IMG/VR virus record: IMGVR_UViG_3300030106_006575
Length of the DNA: 64,000 nt
Direction: 5' to 3' (one strand)
DNA from: an uncultured virus (IMG/VR IMGVR_UViG_3300030106_006575)
Lineage: Duplodnaviria; Heunggongvirae; Uroviricota; Caudoviricetes
Shown: positions 49,001 through 60,200 of the stretch, one piece after another
Layout: every line of letters begins with the position of its first letter
Numbering within the stretch: the first letter of the stretch is position 1
Notes under the pieces: model-generated
Told to the model about the DNA's origin: nothing
The model's input: the letters and a program-made list of their open reading frames with translations, nothing else
The model's database searches: none
Translations under genes and position numbers: made by a program

Positions 49001-52000
49001 ATACAATACTGTCCTCTGTCGATGCAGAATATCTTCTTGGTGAGCTATCGACATATCCCGGCGCCGAGATACTGAAGAAAGTAGTAGAAAAAGAGACTGG
49101 ATGTGAAGCTCCTCCATTATTTAATCCGCCTTTAAACGATTTTTTGAAAACTCTAGAGTTTGATTTTTGTCAAGGAAAACGAGCTTTTATATTGTTGCCG
49201 AAACTAGAGAAGTTTCAAATACCTGATTTTTATAGATTGTTTATGCAAGCACTCTTAGAAGTGATTCTAGAGGCAGCATTTAGAATCGCAATGACAGTAT
49301 TAGAACAGGTTGTGGGATTCTTGCTAGATGGATACTGTGCTCTTATCGGGATGCTTGGGGACATGGCGGCTGGTTTGCTTTCAAATCAGCCCACCAACAA
49401 CTTTGCTGATTCGATAAGAAGCTCTCTTTCAAACACCGGATTAGATGCACTGGGATTCCCGATACCGTTATCAGACGACGATACATTGAATCAAGCAGCA
49501 GCAGATTTGTTTGGATCATTCAGTACATCCTGTACTGATCCAGGAGCCTTACCAACGGGCCCTGAAGCAGCCGAATTCTTGAGAGAAGTTGGACTGATTA
49601 TGACTCAGGGAGAGTTCGTTGATTTACTAGAAGGAGTGGCGGCAAGAGAGGTTTATACAGCGATTTATCAGTTAGTCGTAGCAAGACATCCAAAGTTTTT
49701 ATGCATATTCCCAGATACGGCAGCAATCGAAAGGTTTTTCCAAATCTTGGGCTCCATGATCGACCCAGGATTCTTAAATCGCGGAACACCAGGTGCACCT
49801 GTATATTCGGGCGTCTGCTCAGATGAAACCAATAGTACACAGATTAACGCCTTACGGAGTAATCTGTTAGCTAAAAAGAACCTTAATCCAGATCTTGTAA
49901 ACGAAATACTCGATTCCTTATCTTGTAACGCTATTTCAGATTTAGAGGATCTCATTTCTCTAATGCAAAATGGACTGCCTTCTCCAAACATTATGGAGGA
50001 TGGTTGCAACGCCGGACTCGTCCCCAGAGATCCATCAGCCGATATATTGCCACAAGGACCAATGGGAATGTTGCGAAATCCTGGCGGTATATTTGATGGA
50101 ACTTTTCAGATTCTAGAAAGTGCATACTATGATGATTTAATGGGCAGAAATGGTTTCTTAAATATGATTTTGTCAGATAGGGACGGTAGAAATTTAAGAT
50201 CACATAATCTCTATATCGCATTTAAATCTATATTTGGCATATTTGGAGGAAAGCCCGCCTCTCACGAGCTTCTTCTCCCAAAGACAGTAGCACAATATCT
50301 ACTTTCGGCTTTGCAAAGTCCAACCGCCCCGATGTATACAGGTGACGACCAAGATGATGGCTATAATACGTTTATTATTACACCTTTCCAGCCGCCAACT
50401 AGTGAAATGGGAGGCAACGGTAATAACTCGAATTTGCAACTTGGATACAACAATTATTATCCAAAAAGTCATGCCGACTGGTATGGCTCCAAAATTAGTC
50501 TATGGATAGCAGACTACAGTTCATTAATTCTAAATAACGCCTACACAGTTAAGATAAAAGAGAAATTTGGATTTGGACTCTCTAGCGATCCGACATATAT
50601 CGGCGAAGCCAGCGGAAGGATCGACGATACGATGATAGTCACTGCCGATCCTGGCTTGCCATCGGGCGTGCAAGAGTTGATTGAATCCTTGAATCTGGAT
50701 ATTGAGGCAACTCTCGAATCTGGTTTCCCGACCGCCATGTCAAGCGAGATTTGTCCACAATCAGTGACATTCGGCAAATATATAGAAAATATATTAAGAA
50801 GTCAGGTTCAAAGTGCTGCGCTTGAAGATGGCAATAGCGCAACCAATCAGGCTCTAGAATTTATAGCAGAAGCCTGTGCCACTGACGTGTTCGATTATAT
50901 TAGCGCAACTCTTTTTAACTTTCTTGCGGGAGAGATCGCCACGAGCAACGATTCTTTCAAATACGGCGAGGGAGGGCCAGATTTTGAGAAGAATGCCCCC
51001 ATAACATACGCACCGACAAAAATAGATCTAGATGAAAATCATGTACATCCGGTCACAGGCGAACCTCAACCTTTGGATCCATTAGCTTTTGGTGGTAACG
51101 CGATGTTCCCGGCTTTCTATATACAGCCACCGCAAAATCGCCCGGGTTGGTGTGGCATCGCAGATAGGATGATTCCAGAGGTCGACGCTTGTGAGCCTAA
51201 AAGAACAAACTTGGTTGGATTTCAGCAGTTGACCGAACCTATGACTGAATTTTATAGCAGTATTTCCGATGACCCTCGTCTCAAACAGGATTCACGATGT
51301 GCGATTGAGGCACCTTGTAACAAGATCTTGGGTAGAAGTGCCGCTGCAATGATAGAAGGAAATATAAAAGCAACAATAAGGACATATGTTGCCGAGGCGT
51401 ATCTAAAAGGAATGCCCTGTTTTTCCAAGTTTAAGCCAGATACTCAAGAGCTATATGGCGATCCGCTGCCAGCATACATAGCCGAAACCCTGAAGAGTGG
51501 ATTTTTCCTATATTCAAAAAAGGGATTCGGAAGAAGAAAAAGCGACGAGTACTACTATCAGTTCTTAGAGCAGTGCGTCCAGAACTTTGGAAGAAAGGTC
51601 GATGCCGAATTGATAACTCCAACATCAGAGGAGCAAGCGGCAATGGACTATATCAATGAAAGACAGATTGCCTGGATGGACTACACAGGTGAGAAATTAA
51701 AGAGGACATTATCGCCAGGATATCTTGGGGCTCAGATAATGAACGCAACCCGCGGCGGAACTTATGGTGAGGGTGATGTACTGAAAGCATCGGAAGCCAG
51801 AAAGCTTAAAGAAAGGGAGTGGGACTTATTTATGAGAGATGTGGAGCCTTATGCAGAGGTGATATCAAAAAGATATATTTCTGAAGAAATAAGATACATC
51901 TCGGAAGAATTCTCTAAAAGAATGGCTCCAAAATACAAAACTCTATATGAAATGTTTCTTGGCAATGAAAACTTTGGATTTTTTGGTAACCTGGACTTTA

Positions 52001-53436
52001 ATGCTGACTCAATACCAGAATCAACTCCGGCAGACTTAGAGAACCCCTTTGCCGTGCCCTCCACGTCCGGACCAGCCGCCGATGTCAGCGTATATAACCC
52101 GGGAACAGATTTGTTTTTGCAGCATATGGCATACAACAATCAAAGCACCTATGGGGCACCTGATCCTCTCAATAGGCCAAATCCCGCGTCTTTAAATTGT
52201 GCACCACCGATTATGGGAGTACCAGATTTCGTTGGAGGATTAGATCGCTATTGGCCGTTTGTTTTGGAAAGCTACATATATATTGCAGACTATGAAGACA
52301 GCGACTTCAAAGACGCGTTCGGAACTGTAATTCCTGAACTGCAAGGTGCCTATAATGTTTGGAATAGTACAGTGAAGCCCTCAGCACGTCCCGGACACTT
52401 AGGCGGAACCGGCACCGCTTCGGAGTCATACCAGACTGTCGTTAAGGCATCGGAATGGAAGGCTTGGCTGGAAGTGCAGACAAATTTGGATGGATTTAAT
52501 AGAGGAGACTTGTGGAAGAACTGGAAATATGGATTAAGAATTATATTTGTGCCACCCACCTACGATATCGGTGAGACTATGGGATTCCAAACCAGTACCG
52601 GCGATATAATGCCAAAGGGCTCTCAGATAAAGCAGAAAATCGCCGACGATATACAACCTTATTTCAAAAGCGGTCGGCAACAGAGGTACAAAGCATTTGA
52701 TGTTATAGGAGAAGACGGCGCAAACAGTGACATTTCCAAAAACCCGATGAGCATACCAATAGTTAAAAAGACCGCGGCAATGCCAATGAACGTTTCGGCG
52801 ACTTCAGACGGATGGTATACAAGCTACGAGAATGAAGGCGGTTTCCCAGCACTGGTGCAAAGCCTAGTGTGTAGCGATGAATACAAAATGATATTCAGAT
52901 ACTGCTTTAACGTGCCAAGAATATTATCGGTTCTGGGAATCTACATAATGAAGTCCTTTTTGCCATCAATCGGCGCCGCCGGAGATGAACAGATAGAATC
53001 TCCTGTCTTGGATACGGTGGCTTTCTTAAATTTGTTTATTGACGACCCCGAACGTCCGTCTGAAGGGCTAAGCGATGATGGTTGGTACGAGCCTGACGGC
53101 TTTGCGTCATTATTTAGTTCCGGAGAATATTTTGGTGGAGGTCGCAAACTCTTCCCTGGCTCCGGAGCATTTCGAAATTTTGAATGGGAAAACACATTTG
53201 CGAGAACAAAAAAGCTACTTCAACAAGCTTTTGAGGATTTATACAACTCAGAGGATAATTACTACATAAGCGATTCAGAAACTTTGAGTGCAAGAGAGCA
53301 AGCTAAAGAGGCCCGCGGTGCCCTAAACATCACATGGCCGAAATTTAGTGTCAGATTAAAACAAAAACAGGTTGATCGTCCTTATGATATGAATGGGGAT
53401 CTTTGTTTTGATCCGGATGATGACTATCAAGACTAA
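46096..53436 (+). CDS. 2446-aa putative virion/baseplate protein
   Basis: Uninterrupted ORF between spike-like and gp25-like genes; Gly/Asp/Pro low-complexity linker at ~46700-47170; many Cys. Confidence 0.8.
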   Translation: MAAGSQINTPSASQMVTTSQNNLDDQGRSLLVLLQKRCKRLGNIIIGYGPGVEYDGSIASLSGGNYSLTAVGNLGSTYVDPNGTTANDIHGATGPVNWEGLYGQGGSQHGYIQDHASQLENLDLVFLYNATKSIDPYNTPQKFANWPSALVMQPGFEPYLPAPFNNPETYPGLVYPRDRAQYAIDDILEFIRDITGMDDTALSGGYTDPTGDTEMDDPGGDQAAEPETHPEDTPKGDESAAGGDDSDWTQGLGGSNPDETNSGTNPASNQSEDGGLDDGEGSSQDTGGDEGFEEDPGAPPEGAGEDDATGGAGAAQGGTGTGTAPPPPAPVPPWTGGGSGTGTGTGTGSSGSDSSFGLSEEDFQAFLDAGLVVGPCEDPPSPPLAAPGCPPCIPNPEAVVPNWKQLQFGEVYKNERTCHYCVSVNTGVEDASVLNDPATREAFFAEQIPFGVEYILQNFGKWPLDESSLGTVIGVALVKEYDVPLRRYATIRVLVCLPVYIVEAITMNASPEDATPNPVFAYPNACVLNAQSIRPMIDVVRDGFRYYGKKYALWAYETNNTIPGFDPMQERKNLNKFIPALARLMRRNGFKLNGDFAAEQVELRFNQNYEVVYAQANEPTCEPVELKWEKNGDILGGFKELSPINNPRTMAYIASLPDMYEALGARTPNAWDEFFVKFTYPSINVDNVVDPLGAPVLADGPLQKAAQAIVEELVSLPDSITARFYEDVCRDLAGQSAYNRRVRTDGQTGLLDIRATFADFAEEVKGERAYSNARNVIVGDQVIGNMKELIDNIPRGGDSLNELFDNILNPLSKCGWLELIDQSARCLSLGIPLSDMLRTQVKVVLKSLDITHLEKVFVGLPPEKQLEIRNVINEQFGNMPFPWEQGYRPGGSSYSYSIELDEDGNPVPEDHIGADGGLVYAADDERTIQERTAQHRREAIARRGSVGTGGTIGAALDASYDAIVEAYIDTILSSVDAEYLLGELSTYPGAEILKKVVEKETGCEAPPLFNPPLNDFLKTLEFDFCQGKRAFILLPKLEKFQIPDFYRLFMQALLEVILEAAFRIAMTVLEQVVGFLLDGYCALIGMLGDMAAGLLSNQPTNNFADSIRSSLSNTGLDALGFPIPLSDDDTLNQAAADLFGSFSTSCTDPGALPTGPEAAEFLREVGLIMTQGEFVDLLEGVAAREVYTAIYQLVVARHPKFLCIFPDTAAIERFFQILGSMIDPGFLNRGTPGAPVYSGVCSDETNSTQINALRSNLLAKKNLNPDLVNEILDSLSCNAISDLEDLISLMQNGLPSPNIMEDGCNAGLVPRDPSADILPQGPMGMLRNPGGIFDGTFQILESAYYDDLMGRNGFLNMILSDRDGRNLRSHNLYIAFKSIFGIFGGKPASHELLLPKTVAQYLLSALQSPTAPMYTGDDQDDGYNTFIITPFQPPTSEMGGNGNNSNLQLGYNNYYPKSHADWYGSKISLWIADYSSLILNNAYTVKIKEKFGFGLSSDPTYIGEASGRIDDTMIVTADPGLPSGVQELIESLNLDIEATLESGFPTAMSSEICPQSVTFGKYIENILRSQVQSAALEDGNSATNQALEFIAEACATDVFDYISATLFNFLAGEIATSNDSFKYGEGGPDFEKNAPITYAPTKIDLDENHVHPVTGEPQPLDPLAFGGNAMFPAFYIQPPQNRPGWCGIADRMIPEVDACEPKRTNLVGFQQLTEPMTEFYSSISDDPRLKQDSRCAIEAPCNKILGRSAAAMIEGNIKATIRTYVAEAYLKGMPCFSKFKPDTQELYGDPLPAYIAETLKSGFFLYSKKGFGRRKSDEYYYQFLEQCVQNFGRKVDAELITPTSEEQAAMDYINERQIAWMDYTGEKLKRTLSPGYLGAQIMNATRGGTYGEGDVLKASEARKLKEREWDLFMRDVEPYAEVISKRYISEEIRYISEEFSKRMAPKYKTLYEMFLGNENFGFFGNLDFNADSIPESTPADLENPFAVPSTSGPAADVSVYNPGTDLFLQHMAYNNQSTYGAPDPLNRPNPASLNCAPPIMGVPDFVGGLDRYWPFVLESYIYIADYEDSDFKDAFGTVIPELQGAYNVWNSTVKPSARPGHLGGTGTASESYQTVVKASEWKAWLEVQTNLDGFNRGDLWKNWKYGLRIIFVPPTYDIGETMGFQTSTGDIMPKGSQIKQKIADDIQPYFKSGRQQRYKAFDVIGEDGANSDISKNPMSIPIVKKTAAMPMNVSATSDGWYTSYENEGGFPALVQSLVCSDEYKMIFRYCFNVPRILSVLGIYIMKSFLPSIGAAGDEQIESPVLDTVAFLNLFIDDPERPSEGLSDDGWYEPDGFASLFSSGEYFGGGRKLFPGSGAFRNFEWENTFARTKKLLQQAFEDLYNSEDNYYISDSETLSAREQAKEARGALNITWPKFSVRLKQKQVDRPYDMNGDLCFDPDDDYQD

Positions 53437-53452
53437 CAAGGAGGGATAAAAA

Positions 53453-53848
53453 ATGTCAGGATTAGGAGCGCAGTTACCGTTAACTTCAGGAACAGATGAA
53501 GGTGGGTACGAACTTCTGCAAACCATTGAAGAAGTCGCATACCAGAATATTAAAATGGTTGTGCTTACCAACCCGGGCGAAAGAATAATGGATCCCAACT
53601 TCGGAGTCGGAATAAAAAGATGGCTCTTCCGTATGCAAAACCAACAATCTTATAATGATTTAAAAAACAAGATAGCAGAACAGATATCTATATATTTGCC
53701 ATATATCGTAATATTAAAAATAAGTTTTAACACCCCCTTTAACAATACGAACATTTCGGAAAATCTTTTGGGGGTGGTGTTGCAGTACAAAATCAAAGGC
53801 GGCTCTACTTTAGATCCGATCACGCAAGAAATCACCGTAACGGGATGA
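53453..53848 (+). CDS. baseplate wedge / sheath initiator (T4 gp25-like)
   Basis: QNIKMVVLTNPGERIMDPNFGVGI. Confidence 0.9.
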   Translation: MSGLGAQLPLTSGTDEGGYELLQTIEEVAYQNIKMVVLTNPGERIMDPNFGVGIKRWLFRMQNQQSYNDLKNKIAEQISIYLPYIVILKISFNTPFNNTNISENLLGVVLQYKIKGGSTLDPITQEITVTG

Positions 53849-53891
53849 CTATTCTTTCTTAGAAAACTATTTATGGGGAGAGGGAAAATAT

Positions 53892-55688
53892 ATGGCAACT
53901 TTTAAAACTCCTATCAAATACACCAATAGAGAATTTGATAGTATTAAATCAGATCTGGTTCAATACGCCAAAAGATATTATCCGGAGATTTATAGGGATT
54001 TTAACCAAGCATCATTTGGATCCCTTATGCTGGACACAGTGGCATACATTGGGGATGTCCTATCATTTTACCTGGATTACCAAGTCAACGAATCATTTCT
54101 TGATTCCGCTGCTGAATTTTCAAATGTGGTCAGGCTGTCAAAGCAGCTTGGATACAAATACAGGGGAGTCCCTTCGGCTACAGGAATCGCGGCATTCTTT
54201 TGCATCGTCCCAGCCGCTGACACAGGCTTGGGTCCAAACACTACTTATTTACCAATATTGAAAGCGGGCACTTCCGTCTCTTCGAAGGGCGGAAACAAAT
54301 ACACGCTTGACGAAGACGTGCGCTTTGACGATCCAAACAACGAGGTCGTCGTAGCGAGAGTCAACGATTCCAACGGGCTTCCAACCTCTTATGCGATAAA
54401 GGGTTACGGAAGAATCGTTGCAGGTGGGTTCGCCAGAGAAAGAAAAGCCGTTGGTCGTTACCGAAAGTTTAGAAAAGTACCTTTGGCATCAAAGCGATTA
54501 TCAGAAATTGTATCCGTGATTGACGAAGAGGGGCACGAGTATTTTGAAGTAGACTATCTGTCTCAAAATGTTATTTATCGATCCATAACCAACACCGGAA
54601 CAGACAAAGACTCAGTGTCTGCGATAATGAAGCCATTTGTGGTACCAAGAAGATTCATAGTTGAGAGAGAAAAAGGAAAGTATTATTTGCAGTTTGGCTA
54701 CGGATCGGATTCGGAACTTGCCTCCGCATCAGTTGCAGAGCCAAGCAACATATCTTTGAAGATGCACGGCAGACAGTTCATTAGTGACACAAGTTTTGAT
54801 CCCACTAAGTTGCTGGAAACGGATAAGTTTGGTGTTGCACCAGCGAACACTACTTTAACCATTACTTATAGAGAGAGCACAAGAAGGAACTCGAATGCGA
54901 AAATAGGTCGAATCAATCAAGTAAACCAGCCAATCTTAGATTATGTTGACCCAACACAGGTGCCAGCATCGGTCAAGACGTCTATACGAACTTCCATAGA
55001 GGTTTACAATGAAGAACAAATAGTTGGAAGTGTTTCGGTTCCTTCCACCAAAGAACTCAAAAGAAGGGCTTATGATTTTTTCGCTACTCAAAACAGGGCT
55101 GTAACTGCACAAGATTTTGAAGCGATTGCGTATGGTATGCCCGCAAAGTTTGGGACCGTTAAGAGAATCAAGATAGTCCAAGATCAGGATTCTTTCAAAC
55201 GCAATTTGAATATGTATGTTTTATCTCAGGATAGAAATAGGTTCCTAACAATAGCCAACAACACTCTCAAAGAGAACTTGAAAATGTGGTTAAGTAATTA
55301 TAAGATGATTCACGATACAGTTGATATCTTGGATGGCAAGATAGTCAATTTTGGTATAGAATTTTATGTAGTAGCAAATCCGGAGTTTAATAAATTTCAA
55401 GTTCTATCCCAAGCTCAAAATGCAATCGCAGCGAAATACAATGAGCCGTTGTTTATGGGCGAGGCACTGTATGTGACAGATATTATCAATACATTGAATA
55501 AGGAGGTTCCAGGAATACTTGACGTGAAAAGCGTAAAGATAATCCCTAGAAATGGTGGGACATATTCTGACACAACATTTGACTTTATTAGCCAACTCTC
55601 CGGAGATGGTCGTCGTCTACTTGTGCCAGATAACGTATGTATGGAGCTTAAATATCCCGATAGAGATATCAGAGGAACTGTAGAATAA
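53892..55688 (+). CDS. baseplate wedge subunit (T4 gp6-like)
   Basis: EFDSIKSDL, AYIGDVLSFYLD, ESFLDSA, LGYK, QFG.G, QNRAVTAQDF. Confidence 0.9.
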   Translation: MATFKTPIKYTNREFDSIKSDLVQYAKRYYPEIYRDFNQASFGSLMLDTVAYIGDVLSFYLDYQVNESFLDSAAEFSNVVRLSKQLGYKYRGVPSATGIAAFFCIVPAADTGLGPNTTYLPILKAGTSVSSKGGNKYTLDEDVRFDDPNNEVVVARVNDSNGLPTSYAIKGYGRIVAGGFARERKAVGRYRKFRKVPLASKRLSEIVSVIDEEGHEYFEVDYLSQNVIYRSITNTGTDKDSVSAIMKPFVVPRRFIVEREKGKYYLQFGYGSDSELASASVAEPSNISLKMHGRQFISDTSFDPTKLLETDKFGVAPANTTLTITYRESTRRNSNAKIGRINQVNQPILDYVDPTQVPASVKTSIRTSIEVYNEEQIVGSVSVPSTKELKRRAYDFFATQNRAVTAQDFEAIAYGMPAKFGTVKRIKIVQDQDSFKRNLNMYVLSQDRNRFLTIANNTLKENLKMWLSNYKMIHDTVDILDGKIVNFGIEFYVVANPEFNKFQVLSQAQNAIAAKYNEPLFMGEALYVTDIINTLNKEVPGILDVKSVKIIPRNGGTYSDTTFDFISQLSGDGRRLLVPDNVCMELKYPDRDIRGTVE

Positions 55689-57289
55689 TGGCTATTAAAA
55701 GATATTATGCAAGTGCAGACAACACAATAACGAACGCATTCGAGTCCAATCTTACGACTCGTGGAACCGGCTCGAATATGGGTTTGGCGGACATCTTGGA
55801 AGTATTCTCTATTTATGGTCAAGAATCTTCTGGATCTCAAGAACTTTCTCGTGTTTTAATTCAGTTTGATTTGTCTGGAGCAGCCAATACTATAAAAGTC
55901 GATAGAAACAATGGTGTTCTACCAGCACAAAACGAGGTTAGTTTTTACCTGAGAATGTTTAATGCTGAGCATTCAAAAACTTTGCCAAAAGATGCTGTCT
56001 TGGTTGTCCAAGCGGTAACAGGCGCCTGGTTCGAGGGTCGTGGACTTGATATGGAAGGGTACAGCGACTTAACAAACGGTGACGGCGGCTCTAACTGGGT
56101 ATATAGGCAAGATGGAGATGAAGGCACTAGAGTTGCTTGGGAGCGCCAAGGTGGACGCTGGCACCCATCTCCGGTATTCACCGCGTCTTTTGGAGCGGGA
56201 GTTTCCGGCGTAACAGGAAGTGGACCAACGGCTGACTTGCAGATTAATATAACTAGCCTAGTTGAAGAATGGCTCGATGGAACGAAAGAAAATCACGGAT
56301 TAATGGTGCGCCTTACAGGATCCCAGGAAGCTAAGTTTACTGGAAATCCATCTGGAACGGATCACGATGGTTCTCTGAACAACCTTACAGGCTCGACTAA
56401 ATCATATTATACTAAAAAGTTCTTTGCCCGCGGGACCGAGTTCTTTTATAAGCGCCCTTGTCTTGAGGCTCGATGGGATAGCTCAATAAAAGACGACACC
56501 GGCAATGTGTGGTTTAGTAGTTCATTGGCTCCACAAATAGAAAACTTAAACACAATATATATGTATAACTATGTCAGAGGGCAACTTAGGAATATCCCAG
56601 ATATTGGAACAGGCCCCATCTGGGTAGAGCTTTATTCAGGCTCCATAGGCAACACTTCTCCATCGACATCTTCGATCTTGCTACCCCAAGGAGGCGGAGT
56701 CGTCGCAGCCGGCAATACTGTCATCACAGGCGGCTATGTGTCAACGGGTATTTATTCTGCTTCATTCGCAATCACTTCTTCTACAACTGATATTACAAAA
56801 GTTTACGCAGTGTGGGCGAACTGCGGTGGCCACGGACAGACTGGAAGAGTAGAATTTTTGACTTCCTCATTTAAACCCAAGAAATTTGATACGCCCGCTA
56901 TGAATCCTAACACAATGTACGCATCGAGCATAACTAACTTAAAGCCGATATATTCTACAAACGAACAAGCTCGTTTTAGACTTTATGTGAGACAAAAAGA
57001 TTGGAATCCAACTATTTACACTAAGGCTACAACAGAAGCCGATACATTTATTATTGACAGCGGTTCTTACAAGTTTTACAGGGTTATAGATGAGTATGAT
57101 GTTATTCCATATGGTACAGGTAGCCTCTTGCATACACAAATGTCTTACGATGTGTCGGGCAACTATTTTGATGTTGATATGCGATTGTTTGAACCTGGAT
57201 ATGCGTATGGGATCAAGCTCGCTTATTACAATGGGTCAATTGGGTCCTATGTTGAGCAACCGGAAACCTTTAAATTTAGGGTGGAATAG
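55688..57289 (+). CDS. putative baseplate/tail structural protein
   Basis: TAATG-coupled to gp6-like gene; SRVLIQFD, W.EG.G, NHGLMV, P.LE.RWD. Confidence 0.7.
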   Translation: MAIKRYYASADNTITNAFESNLTTRGTGSNMGLADILEVFSIYGQESSGSQELSRVLIQFDLSGAANTIKVDRNNGVLPAQNEVSFYLRMFNAEHSKTLPKDAVLVVQAVTGAWFEGRGLDMEGYSDLTNGDGGSNWVYRQDGDEGTRVAWERQGGRWHPSPVFTASFGAGVSGVTGSGPTADLQINITSLVEEWLDGTKENHGLMVRLTGSQEAKFTGNPSGTDHDGSLNNLTGSTKSYYTKKFFARGTEFFYKRPCLEARWDSSIKDDTGNVWFSSSLAPQIENLNTIYMYNYVRGQLRNIPDIGTGPIWVELYSGSIGNTSPSTSSILLPQGGGVVAAGNTVITGGYVSTGIYSASFAITSSTTDITKVYAVWANCGGHGQTGRVEFLTSSFKPKKFDTPAMNPNTMYASSITNLKPIYSTNEQARFRLYVRQKDWNPTIYTKATTEADTFIIDSGSYKFYRVIDEYDVIPYGTGSLLHTQMSYDVSGNYFDVDMRLFEPGYAYGIKLAYYNGSIGSYVEQPETFKFRVE

Positions 57290-57298
57290 GCTAGCTTT

Positions 57299-60200
57299 AT
57301 GAGTATTAAGAAACTTTTCAATAAGGGCAAGACTAACAAGGTTGTAAAGTCCACCGATCTTAAGAGCTTAGAAAGCAGTATAGAATCGGAAAGGAATTTA
57401 GAACAGCGATTTAAGGATATCGAACAAAATATCCCGCATGTTGACTTTTCAAATCCTGAAAACTTCGCTCGATACGGATCCGCAGAAAAATACTATACTG
57501 ATGCTATTGATAGGATCGTCAGATCTTTCCCATATGATGGTTCTGATGCGGAGATTAGCGAGTTTCATAACGAATCAAACTATGTCGATAGATATATATT
57601 TGACAATTTGTATCCTAGAACTACTGGGTACGCTACTTTTTCTCCACATGATACGACTAACGATAACGGTGGCTGGGGTGCTAACGACACCAGCCCAGCC
57701 GCGGCAACTTTATATTATGGCGAGCCAACCACAAAAGAGTATATTGAGGTAAAAGGCGGACCACATAGTGCATCATATGGCATGCCCTCGGGTTCTTTGG
57801 GACTAACTTTCACGGGCTCAAACAAATACAGCACAGATATATACAGTCAAGCTGGTAAATCACCTATAGGCAGAGATGGCACTCGCGAGTCCAACCTCCG
57901 GATGGACCCAGATGATGGTGTCACAATCGAATTTTGGTTGAAAAAAGAATCATTTATTGCTTCTAAAACCCAAAAAGAGGTTATATTTGACTTATGGAAC
58001 CAAGTTACTTCATCGGACACTAGGCACGGACGTTTGACAGTGGAGTTAACAGCCTCGGGATATGCAGAGGACGGCGCAAACCCATTTAGATTCACATTTG
58101 TGTCTGGGGCCATCGCGAATGGCGCCGGCGAAGGTTTTCAAAATCTGGCGCTCGGTGGCACAGCAATCACGACAGCTTCTATAGCAGACAATAAGTGGCA
58201 CCACTATGCATTGTCAGTTTATAAAACAGGCTCTAATAACACGGTTAGGTTCTATCGAGACGGCGAACTCGTTAGTACGCTTGCCACTGGTTCTACAACC
58301 AGCGCAGTAACGGGCTCCCTCGTAGGCTTCATCGGCGCCCTGCAAACACATCCAAACTTGCCGGTTGGTACAACAATCCCTTCTGATAGTATGGTTGGGT
58401 GGGGTAAACTTTCTGCTTCCATAGATGAGTTCAGATACTGGAAGACCAGAAGAACAAGTGAACAAATTAAAAAGAATTTTTATACTCAAGTTCGCGGAGG
58501 TTCGAATAACGAAGTCTCCAACGCCGATTTGGGTGTATACTATAAATTTAATGAAGGCGTAACAACAGAAACGTCCATAGATTCCACAGTGTTGGATTAC
58601 TCAGGACGCATATCTAATGGTATATGGGTCGGGTACGCCTCGGACGCCAGGAGCACTGGCTCTGCCATTGTAGAGTATAGTGGATCAAACAAAATAGAAT
58701 ATAAGGATCCTATTATATATGGCACACACCCAGATGTTCAAGAATTAAGAAATAATCTCATTGCGTCAGCCAGCTATCACGATGTAAGGAACAACTCTTC
58801 TCTTTATGGTAGTATGCCGGAATGGATTACCGATGAGGATAAAGAAAAAGGCGGCGAGCTAAAACATCTAACTCAGGTTATAGGCAACTATTTTGATACT
58901 TTGCATCTGCAAATAGAGGCGCTATCGCACTTGCACGATGTCACCTATCAGACATCCAGCGGTAAGCCACTGCCATTCGCCAACAGCTTGTTGGAATCAA
59001 AGGGTTTCATAAACTCAGAAATCTTTGCCAATGCTGACGTTTTGGAGGCAGTCAAGAACAGAGATACGGAACGAGATTTTGAAGAAGATATGCATAAGGT
59101 CAAGAACCTTATATACAAGAACATCTACAACAACCTTGTTCATATCTATAAAACGAAAGGTACTGAAAAGTCTTTTAGAAACTTGATTAGGTGTTTCGGG
59201 ATTGATGAAGAAGTTGTAAGAATCAACTTGTATTCTGACAACACCACGCACTTATTAAAGAATCGTTATAAGCCAAAAGCGCTGAAAAGAAACTTTATCG
59301 ACTTTTATAAGTCTGATAACCAAGATGCCCTCGTCACACACCAGTCATCTAGTCAAGCCGGAGGAGCTAAAAACTCTGATTCCATTGGGGTAACATATCT
59401 TTCGGCTTCTCACAAGGACATTGCCACTACAGCCGAGACAGAAGTTATATTCCCTCGCCTTAAGGAACCCGGCGATCCTGGATATGTAGAGCTATCCTTT
59501 ACTGACTCATCAATTTTTGGCTGGGATCAAGCAGACGCAGACCCAGATGACTATATCAAACCCACAAATGGTTCGGGCTATCAAGTATTGGCAATCCGTC
59601 CTAATTATGATTCTAAAAATGCATATTTTAAACTCGTCGACCGCCGCAATGGAAATACCATAGCAACGTCAAGTCTTTATAAAGATGTCTACGACGACCA
59701 GCGTTGGACCTTTGCTCTAAGGACTAGGAACGTTTTAACATCTTCTACGGGAGGCGGCGCAGGCAACCCATCTGCAACACACGGGCATATTGGCACTTAC
59801 TTAACTGGTGGCCCGGGCGACGGAGGTGTCGGCACGCACGTTGAGGTTAATCTTTATGGTGTACACACAGTCTACGATAGAGTACAACAAGAATTTGCTC
59901 TAAGCGGTAACGCAATTCATTCCGACATCACAGTTCCAAGAAGGTACTATGTTGGAGCACGCCGAACAAACGTTACCGGCGCCCTTCAAGAGTATTCGGG
60001 AGTTAAAGTAGGATATTTGCGACATTGGCAGATGTATTTAGACAATAAAGCTATCCAAGCCCACTCCAAAGACCCAGAGAACTATGGTACAAGCAACCCA
60101 ATGCGATCTTCGTATCTGTTGGAGAATCCACTGACCGGCACTTGGATGCCAGAGTATGAAACTTTGGCACTTAACTGGGACTTTTCCAATGTTACAGGCT

